From assembly GCF_032062105.1 (NCBI RefSeq), contig NW_026918226.1:62001-126000 (forward strand): a stretch of 64,000 nucleotides of DNA, read 5' to 3'. Every line of letters starts with the position of its first letter. Position 1 is the stretch's first letter. The notes below the pieces were generated by a model. That model ran no database searches, was not told the DNA's origin, and saw only the letters and a program-made list of their open reading frames with translations. The DNA comes from Saccostrea cucullata. Taxonomy: Eukaryota. A program made the position numbers and the translations under genes. Shown here in pieces: positions 50,454 to 64,000 of the stretch.

Positions 50454-51284
50454 TTTCCAGTCGCCAACACTAAGATCATATATTTTGTTTTAATTGATGT
50501 TTCGAGAGATTTGTGTTGATAGTATTTTAAAATTTCATTATTTTTTTCATTTTTGCATTGAATAAAGAACATGGTTTTCGATTTAAAATGGCTATCATAT
50601 GATACCAGCAAATTTTTTGTTAACACTGATATAATGAGAATGATTAATGATTAAAAAAACAGAACAAATTAAATATCAGTATAGACTTATTTATCTGATC
50701 ATTATCATATTAAAAGAAGGTTTAAACTGCACCTACAATTCGATTTAATTTTATGTTTCAAGTGAACAAAGTTAAATTGTAGGTGTTTCTATTTTCCTGG
50801 TTTTAATACATCAAAAATCCATGCTTAGTGGAGTGATTTTCATAACATTTCACATGAATCATACCATTGCCTAGGATCTTAATACGCAATTTTTTTTATG
50901 TATATTAATTACAATTTGAGTATGAAAGATCGTATAATGTGCTTCATTTGCGGAAAGGGTTTGTAAATTTCAGGATTGAAAAGATATTTTTGTGCAACCT
51001 TAATGAAAACAATATGCTGAGCTACATTCTAGAAAAAATTCACAATAATTTGCACTGCCTTGAATGCCTTTGAATCTCAGTAAAAAATATCTTGTTCAAT
51101 AACATTTGCTCTTTAAGATTACTTCTAGATTAAATGTTAACAAAGCACACGTAAAATTCTTTCCTAAAAACTATGAATAATAAAAATGAAAATCTACTCT
51201 ACAACTGAATTTGTAAGTTTATCACTTCCTATGTAGTTTTTGGAGAGCAGATCTTTTAACAATCTTTTAAAATTCAAACGGTAT

Positions 51285-51483
51285 GTGGCAACGCACTTTG
51301 AATTGAAAAAACGCACTTTGAAAAAAATCTACTTTTAAATGTACTTCTTGAAGTTATGTACATTGTTTTCAAAGTGGTTTAATATGGTCGATATTAACAC
51401 TTTGAAATTTTTTTTTCAAAGTGCGTTAACTTGGTCCCAAGTTTAAAGCACTTTGACAATTTTGTTTCAAAGTGCATTGCACC
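51285..51483. repeat. Small foldback repeat built from GCACTTTGAA / TTCAAAGTGC motifs
   Basis: Several direct and inverted copies; the ends are inverted. Confidence 0.55.
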
Positions 51484-51518
51484 AACAGTACCCTTAGCGT
51501 ACAAATAATTGTATTTAT

Positions 51519-52230
51519 TTGAAGCCAAACTTCATAAAATTTTACATGAGAAAAAAAGAAGTTGGTGTTGCTTTCAACTTGACATTTCGATATATTGACG
51601 GTGTGTTATCAGTTAATTATTGTTTATTCCATTTCTATTTAGACTCGATATATTTAAGTGAAATTAAAGATAACAGAAAGTCACACATAATTGTTTCAGA
51701 TATTTGGATATATAACTAAAAAGAACAACAACATATTATTGGTCACATAACAACAAAGCTTTTTGAAAAACTTATTATTTCAACATTTCAATCGAATACT
51801 TTCATTTTAATGTAACAATACTAGTATACCCTGATAACTTGCATATGGGGTTAATGTCACCCATTTGATATTTCAAACGCATTCTCTAAGCACAAGCAAT
51901 TTTTAAAACCAGACAAGCTTTTGACAAACAAAAACATGAAACAACAATATAAAGAGTCATGTTCGCAATCATCATTTAGCAGTTTTTAAGGTGGGTTCAA
52001 TTTCCTTGTTAGCAAATAAAACCTATCACAAAATCAAACACTAACTGGGATTTTACTTTCAATCAAATTTTTCATCATTTGCACACAGAATTGTGTACGG
52101 ATTCCCCCCCCCCTTTTCTCGATCTTTACAAGGAGTACATTGCGGGTCTTTAGTGGGTACTCACTTCTCCATGGCATCTGATCCCACCTCTGATATTTTG
52201 GAGGTTTTTGTTTGCTCTTCTTCCGATTGT
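51519..52230 (+). mobile_element. Degenerate Penelope-like RT fragment
   Basis: AFNLTFRYIDGVLS (FRYIDDVLS-like RT motif) followed by the same 3' block as at about 42320-42400. Confidence 0.7.
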
Positions 52231-55200
52231 TTTTAGTTTTAATTGATTTTTGGGTTAAAATACTGTTAATTATCTCCATATTCCATTTCACATTGTCCTT
52301 TAATTAACGTGCCAATCATGTGTACGTGAAAATGATGGTAGAAAATGTAAAATGACCAATTCAAAAATGCTAATATAAAACTATGAATGTATTATATTTA
52401 GACTGGCAAACGTATATCATATTTTTGAATGCATGATATAAAAGACCATGTATCTCGAGTTGCAGAAGACGTTGGCACGAAAAGATCCCTCACTGCTCAA
52501 TGGCCCTGCATAGGTATTAATTAGCCTACCACAGGCAAGTAGTGGCGTGTTCATATGTGCAAAGATTGTTTAACAAAAAAAAAAAACAACAACAAAAAAC
52601 AAAAAAAAAAATCAACGGAAAATTAAAAATACCAGTCATAAAATACATGTAAGAACATACTTAACAAATCATGGGATAGAAAGATAAACATGTCCAAGAA
52701 ATATGACCCACTTCTTCAGCATTTGAGAAATCAGCCCCTAAAGATAATAGTTGTACAATGTATTTTGAATAGAATAATTGGAATAGCTACATCTACCAGT
52801 TTACCTCACGGTGTATCAGAACAAATTAGATAATAATAGATTACTGTGCCAAAATATATTCTCTTGTAGTATTGATATTTAAGTTCCCTATTACAAAAAT
52901 AACACGTCTTCTCTTTTAAAAGCTCGTAACAATATTACAATGAGCACTAGATTTCTCTTGAAATGAACAATGCTTAATGAGCTAGTTTAATTTTCACGGG
53001 CAAACGAGTGTCACTTTTTTCAGCATCTCTCCGAAATATCTCTGAAAGCTCTAAAGAGGATTTCCTCTTCCGAAACAAAGTAAATCTTCCGGGATCTAAG
53101 TGTTTTACTGCCAAAATAGCCATGCATGTTTTGATAACAATGCAGTGTGGCTCTCTGTGTATGTAATTACTAATTAAAGGTCTTTCTTGATCAGAGATTC
53201 AGAAAAAAAGATAAGGAAGATACAAACATAAATAAAAATGAAAATGATATTTACAAGCTTTAAACAAGATACGTAGAAAAAGGTTTTGTGTGTTTATTTT
53301 TTAGGAAACTTTTTAATTTTTCTTAAGGTTTTCTGAGCATTTGATTTATTTTAAACAGTTATCCCTGAAGTATCCTTATGGATCCTTAAAAAACCCAGAA
53401 ATTATTTTATAAATCTTAATTTTTAAAATAGAAGAGTTTTTTTTAAAATTTCAAATCTTACTTTTGAATACATCACAATGTAACATTAATGTATGTAATA
53501 ATATTGTTATGAAATCTCCTTCTTTTCTAGCTAAAGTCTTGGTGTTTGGTGCTTAACTTACTTATTACAAAGTTTCTGTACCACCTAACATTTCGCAAGT
53601 CCCCCCATTTTTGTTACAGTGCATGTCTGCTTTAAATACCTCAGGGATATTGAAATTCTCAAAACTAACCGAGTCACGTAGTTACTAATACTGTTGAGCA
53701 AACTAGTCCGTTTTTTACCACTGAAGACAAACTTTGTCCCTTACACAAATGTACAGTTCACTTATAGCATATATTTCCTCATAACTCCATTCTCAGTAAA
53801 GTCTATCAAACATTATCTTTGCAGCCTCTTACAATAAAGGATACCTTTTTCCTGCTCAAGTAGCAAATATACTAGTATAACAAGTGAAATTGTGTACATG
53901 CATCAATACTGAAATTAACACTGTACATTTTACTTCGTTTTAGGATAATGTTACACATTAAACACTATACAGTAAGTAGTTAAAAACAAAATGTTCCCCT
54001 GCTTTCCTATCTCATTTTTATAGTTCAATGTTGTTGCATACAAAACAAAGATCTACCAATTTTTCAAATTTTTTAACAATGTTTTTTCTCGAAATTATGA
54101 AATGTTATTTTTCAAAATAATGACACCCAAATGGTTATAACCACACAGTTACTCCATCTTTTTACATTTTTTTACTCTAGGAAAATACATGATTTTTAAA
54201 AGAGGCACTGAACCTTACATTTCTTCTTTTTAAGTCAGAACTCAATAGAAATTAATGACCCATGGATCGTCGAAAATAAAAAAGTAAACACAATAAAATA
54301 GTCCGAAAGAAAACAATTAAATGTTTTATTTATAAACTGTAAAGTCCAGTCTCTCAAGATTCATTTGTAATACACTTACTGCTTTGTGACTCTTCAGCGG
54401 TTTTCAGCCATTTAAAGTTGAAATAAAATTATCTTTTTGTTTTACTATTATACTTCTGTATTTATTTTATTAATCTGTTTAAATAGGAAAATACATTTGT
54501 CCTTCACAAGCTATATTTATTGCTATTCTCACATTACAAGAAACACCTGAATATCGATAATTTGATAAAAGATTCAAGTTTTGAAGTATTAAGGTGAAAA
54601 TCATCTGATTTAATATTCCTCTCACTCGATCAAATACATTTGTTTTGAAAATATGTTGACAAAATATGTAAGGGTAGAATCCTTCCATTTTAGACATAAA
54701 TTAAACCTTTGTTTCTAGGAGAAAACAAACAATTAGGGGAGTAATTTGGCAAATATATTGTTTATTACCCAAAGATACACCTTAAAAGTAAATGCTTGTA
54801 TTGTCGTTAGAATTTTCTTGTCAACAGCTTCAGAAACTTAAAGAACTCTCATATTTATTCAATAAAAGTTTTTTTTTAACGAGTAAAATTTATTAATTAA
54901 TTGAAATATAAAACACTTAATCATTTTTCGAATCGGAAGGACCTATTTATACATTTCCCCTATGAAAACGATTATGATGGATATTTACAGTAGAAAAGTG
55001 AAACCGTTTCAAAATGTAAAGAACTGAAACTCGTGTAGATATGATGGATTTAGTGAGAATTGTACAAGAAACTACGAGGTATTAAAGCATTAGATAAACT
55101 GACCAACTATACTTGTTTATTTTTGTCCTATTGTAGAAAATTTATATGTTTATTCTCCAAAAGCCAAAATCTATTAATTACAGCTGTCTCACAGAACGAC

Positions 55201-57122
55201 TGCAAAAAATAAAACGACAAGGGAAAAGTGTACTAATCCTAATATAAAAAAAAATATTTGAATATAAACAGATGAAATCTCGATATAACTATAAAGTTAA
55301 CAACACATACCTGTTCATACAATATCTATTATGCTTTGTTAAAATATTAAATTGATCTGTACCCTTAGCAACAGATGATACCTACAATGTACCTTCAGAT
55401 TTGCGTTTGTCTTTTCTTTGATTGTACAATAAATAGATGTTATATACATCACATGTACCCCAGCACAGTTATTAAATAATAAACAAAAATGTTAGCAAAA
55501 AAAAAAATCGGTAGTTATATAGGAAAATGCAGTGGTGATTGACGATTGCGCAAATGCCGCAAATAACGTGTTGTACAGAAACATTTTGTAAAATTCTGCG
55601 TTTTGAGACAATTTTTATAACTAAACATTTTAATACTTTTTAATTTTATATCAAAATTTGTTACACAGGTGTCAATTTGAAACCCTTTTATGATAGGTAA
55701 ACACTCCTACCCGAAAATGAGAGATTCACTTTTTTCGCTCACATTACTGTCTTCTGAAATAATCACTTTTCAAACATTTTTATCGAACAAAAGAGTATAA
55801 AGCTGTTTTCTTCCTCCTTAAGCTCAAAGTATGTTAAACAATGCTCAATAATGTCAGTATACATGTTAATGCATTATCAAAATAATTTTCAAATATTAAA
55901 AGAAAATTTAAGAAGTTTAAAAATTAAATCAATATATTATTTTTAATTATATATCAAGAAAAAAAAATAATTTTCGTTTAATATTTTTTCTTCTATTTAA
56001 GTAAACATAATAAATTCTTGAAGTTTTTATCGTCTGTCAAACACAGCAAGAAATATATTCTTCATGACACAGTTTATCCCGTATCTGATATTTTCGTACG
56101 TCAGCTTCTGTTCTGCTACCTATCTGTATTCTTTCAATGGACTTTTGAGCAGGATACTACTCGTTATCTCTAACGTAACATATAATTTTGAACTGTTTTC
56201 TAATATTTATTCTTGCTTTTGCACACTCTATGAAACAACCTGTTTTGTTCCGGTGGAAGAACGAAACGAGCATTGCATTCTTGTTTTTAAGTGACAAAAA
56301 GTAATAAACTACTTACAAGAGTAATCAAATATAGTAATACATATTAAGAAACATTTTATTTTGAATTTAGTGAAAATAAAATTAGTGTAGTAAAATTAAT
56401 TATGTTAATCGCATAGTACACTATCAACGACAAGTAGAACGTAACTACGCACAATTTTTTTAATGTCTTAACCCAAAAGATAATACAGTTGGACAGGTGA
56501 AAAAAAACTTGAATTAAAGAAAACATTCAACACTAATGACTTTTGTCATCATTCCATAAATCCCCATTAGTGCTATACACCACAATGTTATGAATAAAAT
56601 GTAAAGATTAAAACAGTTAATGAGCTTGAAAGTCCTTTGAAATAATTCAAACAGGTGCAGGATACTTAGCAGAGACCTCTGAAACATCAGAATTGGGATC
56701 TGTGAATTAAGTAAATGTTACTATATCAAATCAGAGATTTGAAGACATTTTTGCTGTGTGATTTCTGTGTACTTCATGGGAGTACTACATTTACACTGAA
56801 AAAATAACTAGTGAAAGTCACTGGGAAGACTAGCAAATTTACTGTCCATACATCACTACCTCAAAGTAGTTTAACTAGGTATTGGGTAGATTTACTAGAT
56901 AGCATTAGTAAATCTAAGAATTTATAAGTAACTATCACTAGGTATCTAAGTATCTTTACGACTTCGACTCCATTTATCACTATCTTAGCCAGTAAACAGA
57001 ATGATTACTTAACACTTCAATAGGCACTCAAGTTAAATTAACCAAGGTGTTTCTTTAATGTCAGTGTAATGATGACTCTCGTAATAACACAAAAACTGAG
57101 AGAGAACAATTGTCAACAAAAA

Positions 57123-57242
57123 CCACGTGGTCTCGAAAGATAGGAACTTTCCCTAGTTACACTGATAAACTTTGAATGGTATTTTTGCTTTTGAAAATTC
57201 TTCAAAAACTTCTGCTTCCGCTAGTAGAATTTATATATAAAA
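57123..57242 (+). promoter_or_regulatory. Candidate inducible promoter of the cytokine-like gene
   Basis: E-box CCACGTGG 57123-57130, kB-like GGAACTTTCC 57143-57152, TATATAAAA 57234-57242, ATG at 57307. Confidence 0.55.
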
Positions 57243-57306
57243 CGTTTTTTTAAGTAAGAAATTAAAAATCAAGAGTTCAACTTCTACTTCAATTGTAACC
57301 AATTCA

Positions 57307-60188
57307 ATGAAGAGCTCAACAAATATAATGAGTTTGGGTAAGGATGGTATGCAAATATATTTATATACATACTCATAGAACCTATATTCAGAATCGTTTA
57401 CGATATTTTTGGTTCTATTTTTTAAATAGGGACATTAAATAAAAATTTTTCAACATTCAATTTTTACACATAGGAAACACGTTTCTATTCTTGAGTTTTT
57501 CACTGAATATGTTTACATTTTTTGACATCCATGCCATAATTAGTATAACATTAATGACCTGATACATTGGATGTTCAGCAAGTTAGACCATCACGGGTTG
57601 TGACCTCATTAATATCTACAAAATAAATATGCGATTTTCTGAAATCAAAATTACAATAACTGTTTCCAGAGTAAAAATAATGCCTGATTTTTATTATATT
57701 ATTAAAGCGAGTTACAGTAGTATTCATACGAATGCCTTATCTATTTTAAAATAAATATAAAATTCATATGTGCACTTTTTACAAGTCTACTCATTTAGAA
57801 TATTTGTGCTTTTCTTAAATTACACGCATCTTAACATTTATATGATAAGATGATAGATAGTCATTTAAATGTTCAAGATTGATCAAAATCACAGACCAAA
57901 ACTTTAACGTTTCACAGAGGTGTGTTAAGATTTAACCATATAATAATTATATGCAGTTACTCGTCTATTAGTTTTCCATTATTAAAACGTATTCGAAAGC
58001 ACTGAAGAATGAATGCTATTTGTCTCCTTATAGGAAAACCAGTCTACATTACGTAAAGTTTGAAACTCTTTTAATTGGTGCAAATAACGTTTCCGTGCAT
58101 CTTTAAGTTCACTAGAAAAAGATCATTTTCAATAACGCCAAACAATAAAAAACCTTGTATTATTTTTTTTCAAAATTAACAAATTTTGATGAAGGGAAAT
58201 GCAAAACAGGTGCGTCCTTCGGCTGTATTCATTGTTGTCTGATTTGCGTAATTGTTTTGAGAATCTACGTTAACAATCTACATGTAGGAGTATGCATTCT
58301 AATTTCGCTGTGCCAAAAGTCAATAGATTTTCCCGCATAATATAGCAGAACATCTTTGGCTCTCGGCACGTTGTGTAGGCTATTCTGAGTAAAGTAAAAT
58401 TTTATTGTATATATTTACTTATTAGATCATACTTTATGTGAAATCACCGGTTTAATTATAGAAGGGAATAACTTATAAAGCTTGGTATGTAGAATCTTTT
58501 GTCATTTTTCATCCAAAGCAAAAACATGCGGTTAGATTGACAAAAACATGAAAACAATAGTGTACTCAAGCAAATATTGTAAAACAAATTTTCTTCAGGG
58601 TAAGCAATGGAAAATATTTGTATAATAATATTCTGAATAAGTAGATTTTTACAACTCTCAGATTCTTGATCTAATGATACAGAAGAATAACTGGTTTAAT
58701 TTCTTCAACTTCAGAATAACAATCATGTGTCATATCTAACACGAACATGACGAACACAACTTAAATTTCAAAACTGTTAACTTTTCTATGATCACATCAA
58801 TGGCTATATATGGTTTCTAATTAATATCAGCATGAAATTATGATAATCTTACCAAAAACAAAACTTTTGTTGGAGAATCAATGTACTATTAGGCCAGAAA
58901 GAAGATAGGCTTTTATAATTTTCCAGATCGTATCTACTAAAAATTATGATAAGTACAGCAATATTCAAAACAAACTTTATAAAATGACATAGCTTTCAAA
59001 TTCCAATTATATGATATAGTCAGTAAATCACATAAAAAAGTTAGTTATGTCTGCGAAAATCTATAAACTTATGCAAATCATATACAAGTTTACAAGTTTA
59101 GATTTGTTTATATTTTACGCCATTTCAGGATTCCTCTGTTTCGTCTTCCATGTTGTGACGTCAGATCATTTCCATCGATCATGTCCTCAGAAAACACTGT
59201 CCAACTCCTCACAAATCCAGGGCGTCAGCATCTCAGAAAGAGAAGTTATTGAGAGTCTAGAATCAAAGTCAAATAAATTTATCGACGCTGCGAAACAATT
59301 AAAAGAACAATATGTAAGTATTTGTAAAGTCATTTTCTATCATTATAAGCAAGCTTATCGAGGCACAAAAGGAGTATGTTTCGTGTAAGTTGGATGTGCA
59401 GAAGACTGAGGTGTTTAAAACATATTTTTAAGGCACTGAATAATCTTAAGGAATTTTGTCCTTTTTCGTTTCAGTCTTCAGTATCCCTACAGCTGTACTA
59501 AAAATGTCTAAAAAGTACATTTTTTTGTATCGTTATTTTAAAATTTCATCTCATATTACTACATTTGAGGAAGTTTTAGAACGATATATTATCAAAGTTA
59601 CTATTTTTGTTTTACAGATACCGCCAACGGGAAGAAGAATAACAAACACTCACTTAATAGATAGACTATCAGAAGTAGAAATAGACATTTTGCCAACAAC
59701 AAATTTTTCCAAGGCATTTATTCCTTTTACTGTTATTTATTATCAAACAATAAGTTCGATTCTTTCTTTCCTTTTTTCCATTTTATAAACTTTGCATGTG
59801 GATACATGTATAAAATTATATGTCTAATTTTATTTCAAAGGAACAGACTGAATTCTTGAATGAAACTTGGATTGATTTATCTGTTGTTTCCGACTGCTTG
59901 GAACTTGTGAGAAAAGAGGAAGAAGCTCTCAGTTTTGGAGAACTATCACATTACACAAATATGACAACGAATGCCTTATGTGCCATGCGCTTTGATCTTC
60001 ATACAGCATTACATTCATTAGAAATTGGTATGGGAAACCATGCTAGCTACAACGCAAATAGCAGTAGAGTGTGCAGAAGTTTTGTGAACCGTCAAGATAG
60101 GTACTTTAGGGACTTTGTCATTGTAAATCAGTCATTGAAATATATGGAGAGACTTCGTAATTATCTTGCACAAATGGCTGAAGATTAA
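57307..60188 (+). CDS. Secreted long-chain four-helix cytokine-like protein (IL-6/IL-11/Unpaired-like), about 219 aa; exons 57307-57337, 59129-59313, 59618-59713, 59841-60188
   Basis: Signal-peptide-like MKSSTNIMSLGFLCFVFHVVTS; four amphipathic helical segments, LP motif in the putative AB loop, R..RDFVI in the last helix; intron phases 1-0-0; AU-rich 3'UTR. The third intron requires a GC donor or an alternative GT at 59675. Confidence 0.65.
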
Positions 60189-62454
60189 ATTTAGCATAGT
60201 ACAAACTTATGAGAAGCATTGCCTGACTTGATAACAAACAATACACCTCATTTCAATGGTTGTCATAAAAATATTTAGTTGTATATTTACAAGCTCTTTT
60301 TAAAACATTGTTCATGATTTTATTTCTCATTAGATTAATCTATTTTATATCACTATTTTACAAAAAATACGTGTTTTTTTTCATATTATCAGTTTTGTAA
60401 ACCCAAAAGCCGATGTACATAAGTTTTATTGTTATTTTTTTTTATTCAAAATGCCAGTATATAATTCTCAGAAAGTATTTCACCGTTGTAATGATTTTAT
60501 AAACGTTTTAAAAATATATTTTATACTTTGAATTTTCTATTATTTATTGATGTCAGATTTTATTTATTATGCACTTACTTAACAAACATATCAATATTTA
60601 TGTGAAGCATTCGTAAATCTTTTGCATTATCTTAACAATAAATATTTTGCATTTGGGTGTTTTATGCTGCTTTCTTAACGTAAAATAATACAAATATATT
60701 ATAAAGCTTGATAAACATGCATTTTCTAAAGATTTGTGGTGCCAAAGAATGGTAATGGTTATGTTATATCTCATTACGTACAACAGGATTCTTTAAATAC
60801 GTATTGGTCTAACGAGTGCATAACAAAATTGATACATGAAATTCTTTTTAAAGCTAATTTTATACAAAAAATAGTTATTCATGTTATTGCAAGATTCTAG
60901 ATTCTTTATGCATTTATTTGATGTTCATATATTCAACTGCATTTAGATTCGGGTTTATGATACATCTATACACATTTTGAACACCTTTTCCACGTTATTA
61001 AAAAAAATGTAACATTTCTAAGACTTTCAACACTTTGCAAATACAATTTTAAATATTTAGAGAATGTAGATGAACATAAATCTAAAAGAAAAATACTTAT
61101 TCCTGAAAAAAATTTACTGTTTGCTGCTTTTCAATTAAACCATAAACATATTTGTTCAAGGTAGTTAAGAGTCTAAATTAATAGGCAATAATTATATGGA
61201 AGATGGTGTAATAACCTCTATGTATATAAGCCAAATACTCCAAATTTTTCCAAAGAAAAAAAAATGAAGCAAACGGAAGTATACCCTTCTCTTCTATGTA
61301 AATAAGAAATAAGTTCTGTGTGTTCTTCTTTTTTTTAATAAGAAGGAAATTTCTTGTGTGACGTTTTCACTGAGGATTTTAATTATCCATACAAGTAAAC
61401 AGGATTTGTAAGAAGAATAAATTCAAGAAGATGATGCCATAAAGTTTCAGGTAGTTGAAAAGCCCATATACCTTATATTCTTGCCAAATCCTATGACCAA
61501 TTTAATATCGATTGTTTTGAAAAGATTATTATGCTTGAGTTAATATACATGTACATTTACTGAGACATAAGTTTGGATAATCGTGCTGATTGAGATACAG
61601 ATTACCCGGAGATGATCAAATTACAGCTACTTGAATTGTATATTGAACAGATATGAGAAATTTGAAGAAAAATATATTTTCGTATACGTTATAAAATAGC
61701 TAATTATGGAAAGCCATAGGAGACCTCCAGGGTCAGGTATTCCTATAAATTTCCATAGCTAATTGGTAAGTTCGTCATGATAAGTTTCTGCAAAATTATT
61801 ACAACAATAATTTCTTACAGAATAGCTTAAAGTCATTAGGAATCATTGAAAAAATATCCTCTCATTTCTTTCACGGCAAACCAAAATTACCCCGTTTGAA
61901 ACGTTTTCGTCTCCAGCTATTGAGTGTGGTAAGATTTAACTTGTAATATTCAAAATTCCAATATTTTCCTCCTACTATCATAAATATATATGCGCATAAA
62001 AAAATCTAAAAAATATATTTGTTTGTTGAATTTTTCACTCATATTAAGACGCAATCATTTGTCGATGAAGGGCTATGTACTCACACCCATTGAGCAGTGA
62101 GGAATCTTTTTAATTCCAGCACCTACTGCGACTCGAGACCTCGGCTTATAAGTCTCTTTTATGTTCTTTTAAATGCAATTTCTTTTGAAATAAGGTATTG
62201 CTTAAATGAAATGTTAAAACTTAATTAAATTGAAACCATCATTTATTTATAATATTTGAAGTCTAGGAAATTTTTGATAAATTTGAATTAAATTTGAAGT
62301 ACAATAAATATGAGGAAAAAATCCTTTAGGGTAGAGCAGAGCAGGGGCATTATTCCAATATTATATGGTGTGTCCAAAATAGTATGTGTCCTAAGGAAGG
62401 CGTTAATTTTAAGACTGTAAGGAATTTCCATCCTCCTATAATGTCATAGGTTTT

Positions 62455-62485
<31 letters not shown>

Positions 62486-63039
62486 AAACAACAAACTGTT
62501 ATCATTGTAGGTTTTTGAAAAAAAACTGTTATTTATATAAATTCATATACAATACAACAAAACTTCATAGAAGAATGCTTTTCAATAGGTTTAATGATAG
62601 ATATTGTTAAGTAAAGGAATATAAAAGATGTATATTTATTTATTTAATCAATTATTCGATCTTTAATCAAGTGCCAAGGATGGAGAAAGCACAGTCCTAA
62701 ACGCTCTGTATTAGTTTGTAATTGTATAAGTATGAGCTTATTTGTTGAGAAATGGAAACCTTTACCAAAATGATTGTGTTTATATAAAAAGTAATATTTT
62801 GTTTAAAAAGCAGATTCTTTCTTTTATCTTATATTATCTTATTTCCTTTGTGTTTGATTGTAGATCTGAAAATATTGCAAATATCTTGCAGAGATATATA
62901 TATTTTTATATATATTTATTATATGTATATTATACAGATCTTTGCATGTATATTTGGTGTTTTTAATGATGCATTTAAAATCAGATTCAATGGCTTCAAT
63001 GGAATCGTGTTAACATTGAATTGTATCAGGATGTCTTAA

Positions 63040-64000
63040 CAGCCAGTTTACAAACAAATTGTAAAACAGCATTTCAGAAAACTACTGTTTGTCCCTTCAT
63101 AAATACTCAAGAGAAAGGGGTTACACAAAGTCATTCTATTTCAACCTGAACAATTCCGAACAGGGTATTTGCGACAGAAAAGAGTGTAAATTTTCCCATA
63201 CTTGTCAGCGCTGTGGGGGAGAGCGCAGTAGAAAGGTATGTCCCACTTCCCCCAAATCAACCACAAATGCTGAAGGAAGACAAAAGGTTTGAAGTAATCA
63301 AGGTCCGGTTGAATTCAAACAGTTCGCACCTAAATCAACAAAATAATTGATTTTGAAATTGTTAACCTCAGTTAACCTTGACATATATGGTTATCAAATT
63401 CCAATAGAACTGATAGGGAGTTCCTGGTCTTAGGTTCAAAAAAGGTGGTTAAACTACCTTTTAAGGGTAAAAACATCGTAGTCTCAGCGACAATTTAAAC
63501 TCTGCAAGGCAACATTTAGACATTCTTCAAGACAGAATTACACAAAGAATTAGCGTCTAGAATCTTTAAAAGTCCGCCCCTAGGCTGAGTGCCCAAAACG
63601 CAACTTGTCAAATTCGGGTTATTCATCATTTGACGTACCCAGAAGGTTCATTCATTAATGAAGGAATACCTCCAGAACTCTGTTACATCAAGTATAAAAC
63701 AATTGACGACTCTGTTTACATTTTTAAAAACAAAAATATAGCAAAGTGGCTTTATTTTTTACGACTGATATTGAGAATGCATTTAAAATAATTCCCGTTC
63801 ACCCTTCAAATAACGAATTACTGGGTTGACAATACATCCATAATTTTTGAAAGATAAATGAATTACTTCTGGAACATTATCCCTCTATACAGATGCAAGT
63901 TATCTTGGTTTTGGGAGTACTTTTCAGACGAATTGGTTTTATAAGGAATGGCCTGAAAAGTGGCTTCAGATATACATTACAATCGGGGAACTATTGCCTA
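63040..64000 (+). pseudogene. Decayed Ngaro-type tyrosine-recombinase retrotransposon fragment (gag zinc finger, RT, RNase H), internally deleted and truncated by the window end
   Basis: CKFSHTCQRCGG; broken PLG*VPK, KFGLFII/HHLTYPEGSFINEGIP, YKTIDD, TDIENAFKIIPVHP; LYTDAS..GFG...WF...WPEKW...IT; multiple stops and frameshifts. Confidence 0.8.

Noticed and set aside
46620-56700. Scattered 60-90 aa ORFs in the long intergenic region
   Set aside because: AT-rich, low-complexity or repeat-derived; no coherent exon chain or motifs.

Overview
AT-rich, intron-containing animal DNA; repeat families and gene content suggest a bivalve, probably an oyster (inference). Main content: (1) a 7-exon minus-strand gene for a membrane-anchored TatD-fold protein that has lost most catalytic residues; (2) two tandem Mab21/cGAS-like nucleotidyltransferase (cGLR-type) paralogues with single-exon CDSs; (3) between them, a near-intact 6.6-kb tyrosine-recombinase retrotransposon of the DIRS order (PAT-like split direct repeats; Gag-CCHC, RT-RNaseH-MT, ALOG-YR); (4) a multi-exon SLC5 sodium/monocarboxylate-type transporter containing an assembly gap; (5) a 4-exon secreted four-helix IL-6/Upd-like cytokine candidate with a kB/TATA promoter; (6) many non-autonomous DNA transposons, Helentron-type elements, Penelope/SINE fragments and a decayed Ngaro-type element at the right edge. 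The most striking structure is inside the retrotransposon: every ORF is preceded by a frame-compatible splice acceptor, an array of about 13 covarying hairpins lies in the predicted first intron (psi-like position), and the B1-A2 junction forms a lox-like inverted repeat with an 8-bp spacer. All gene models were assembled by eye and need transcript support.
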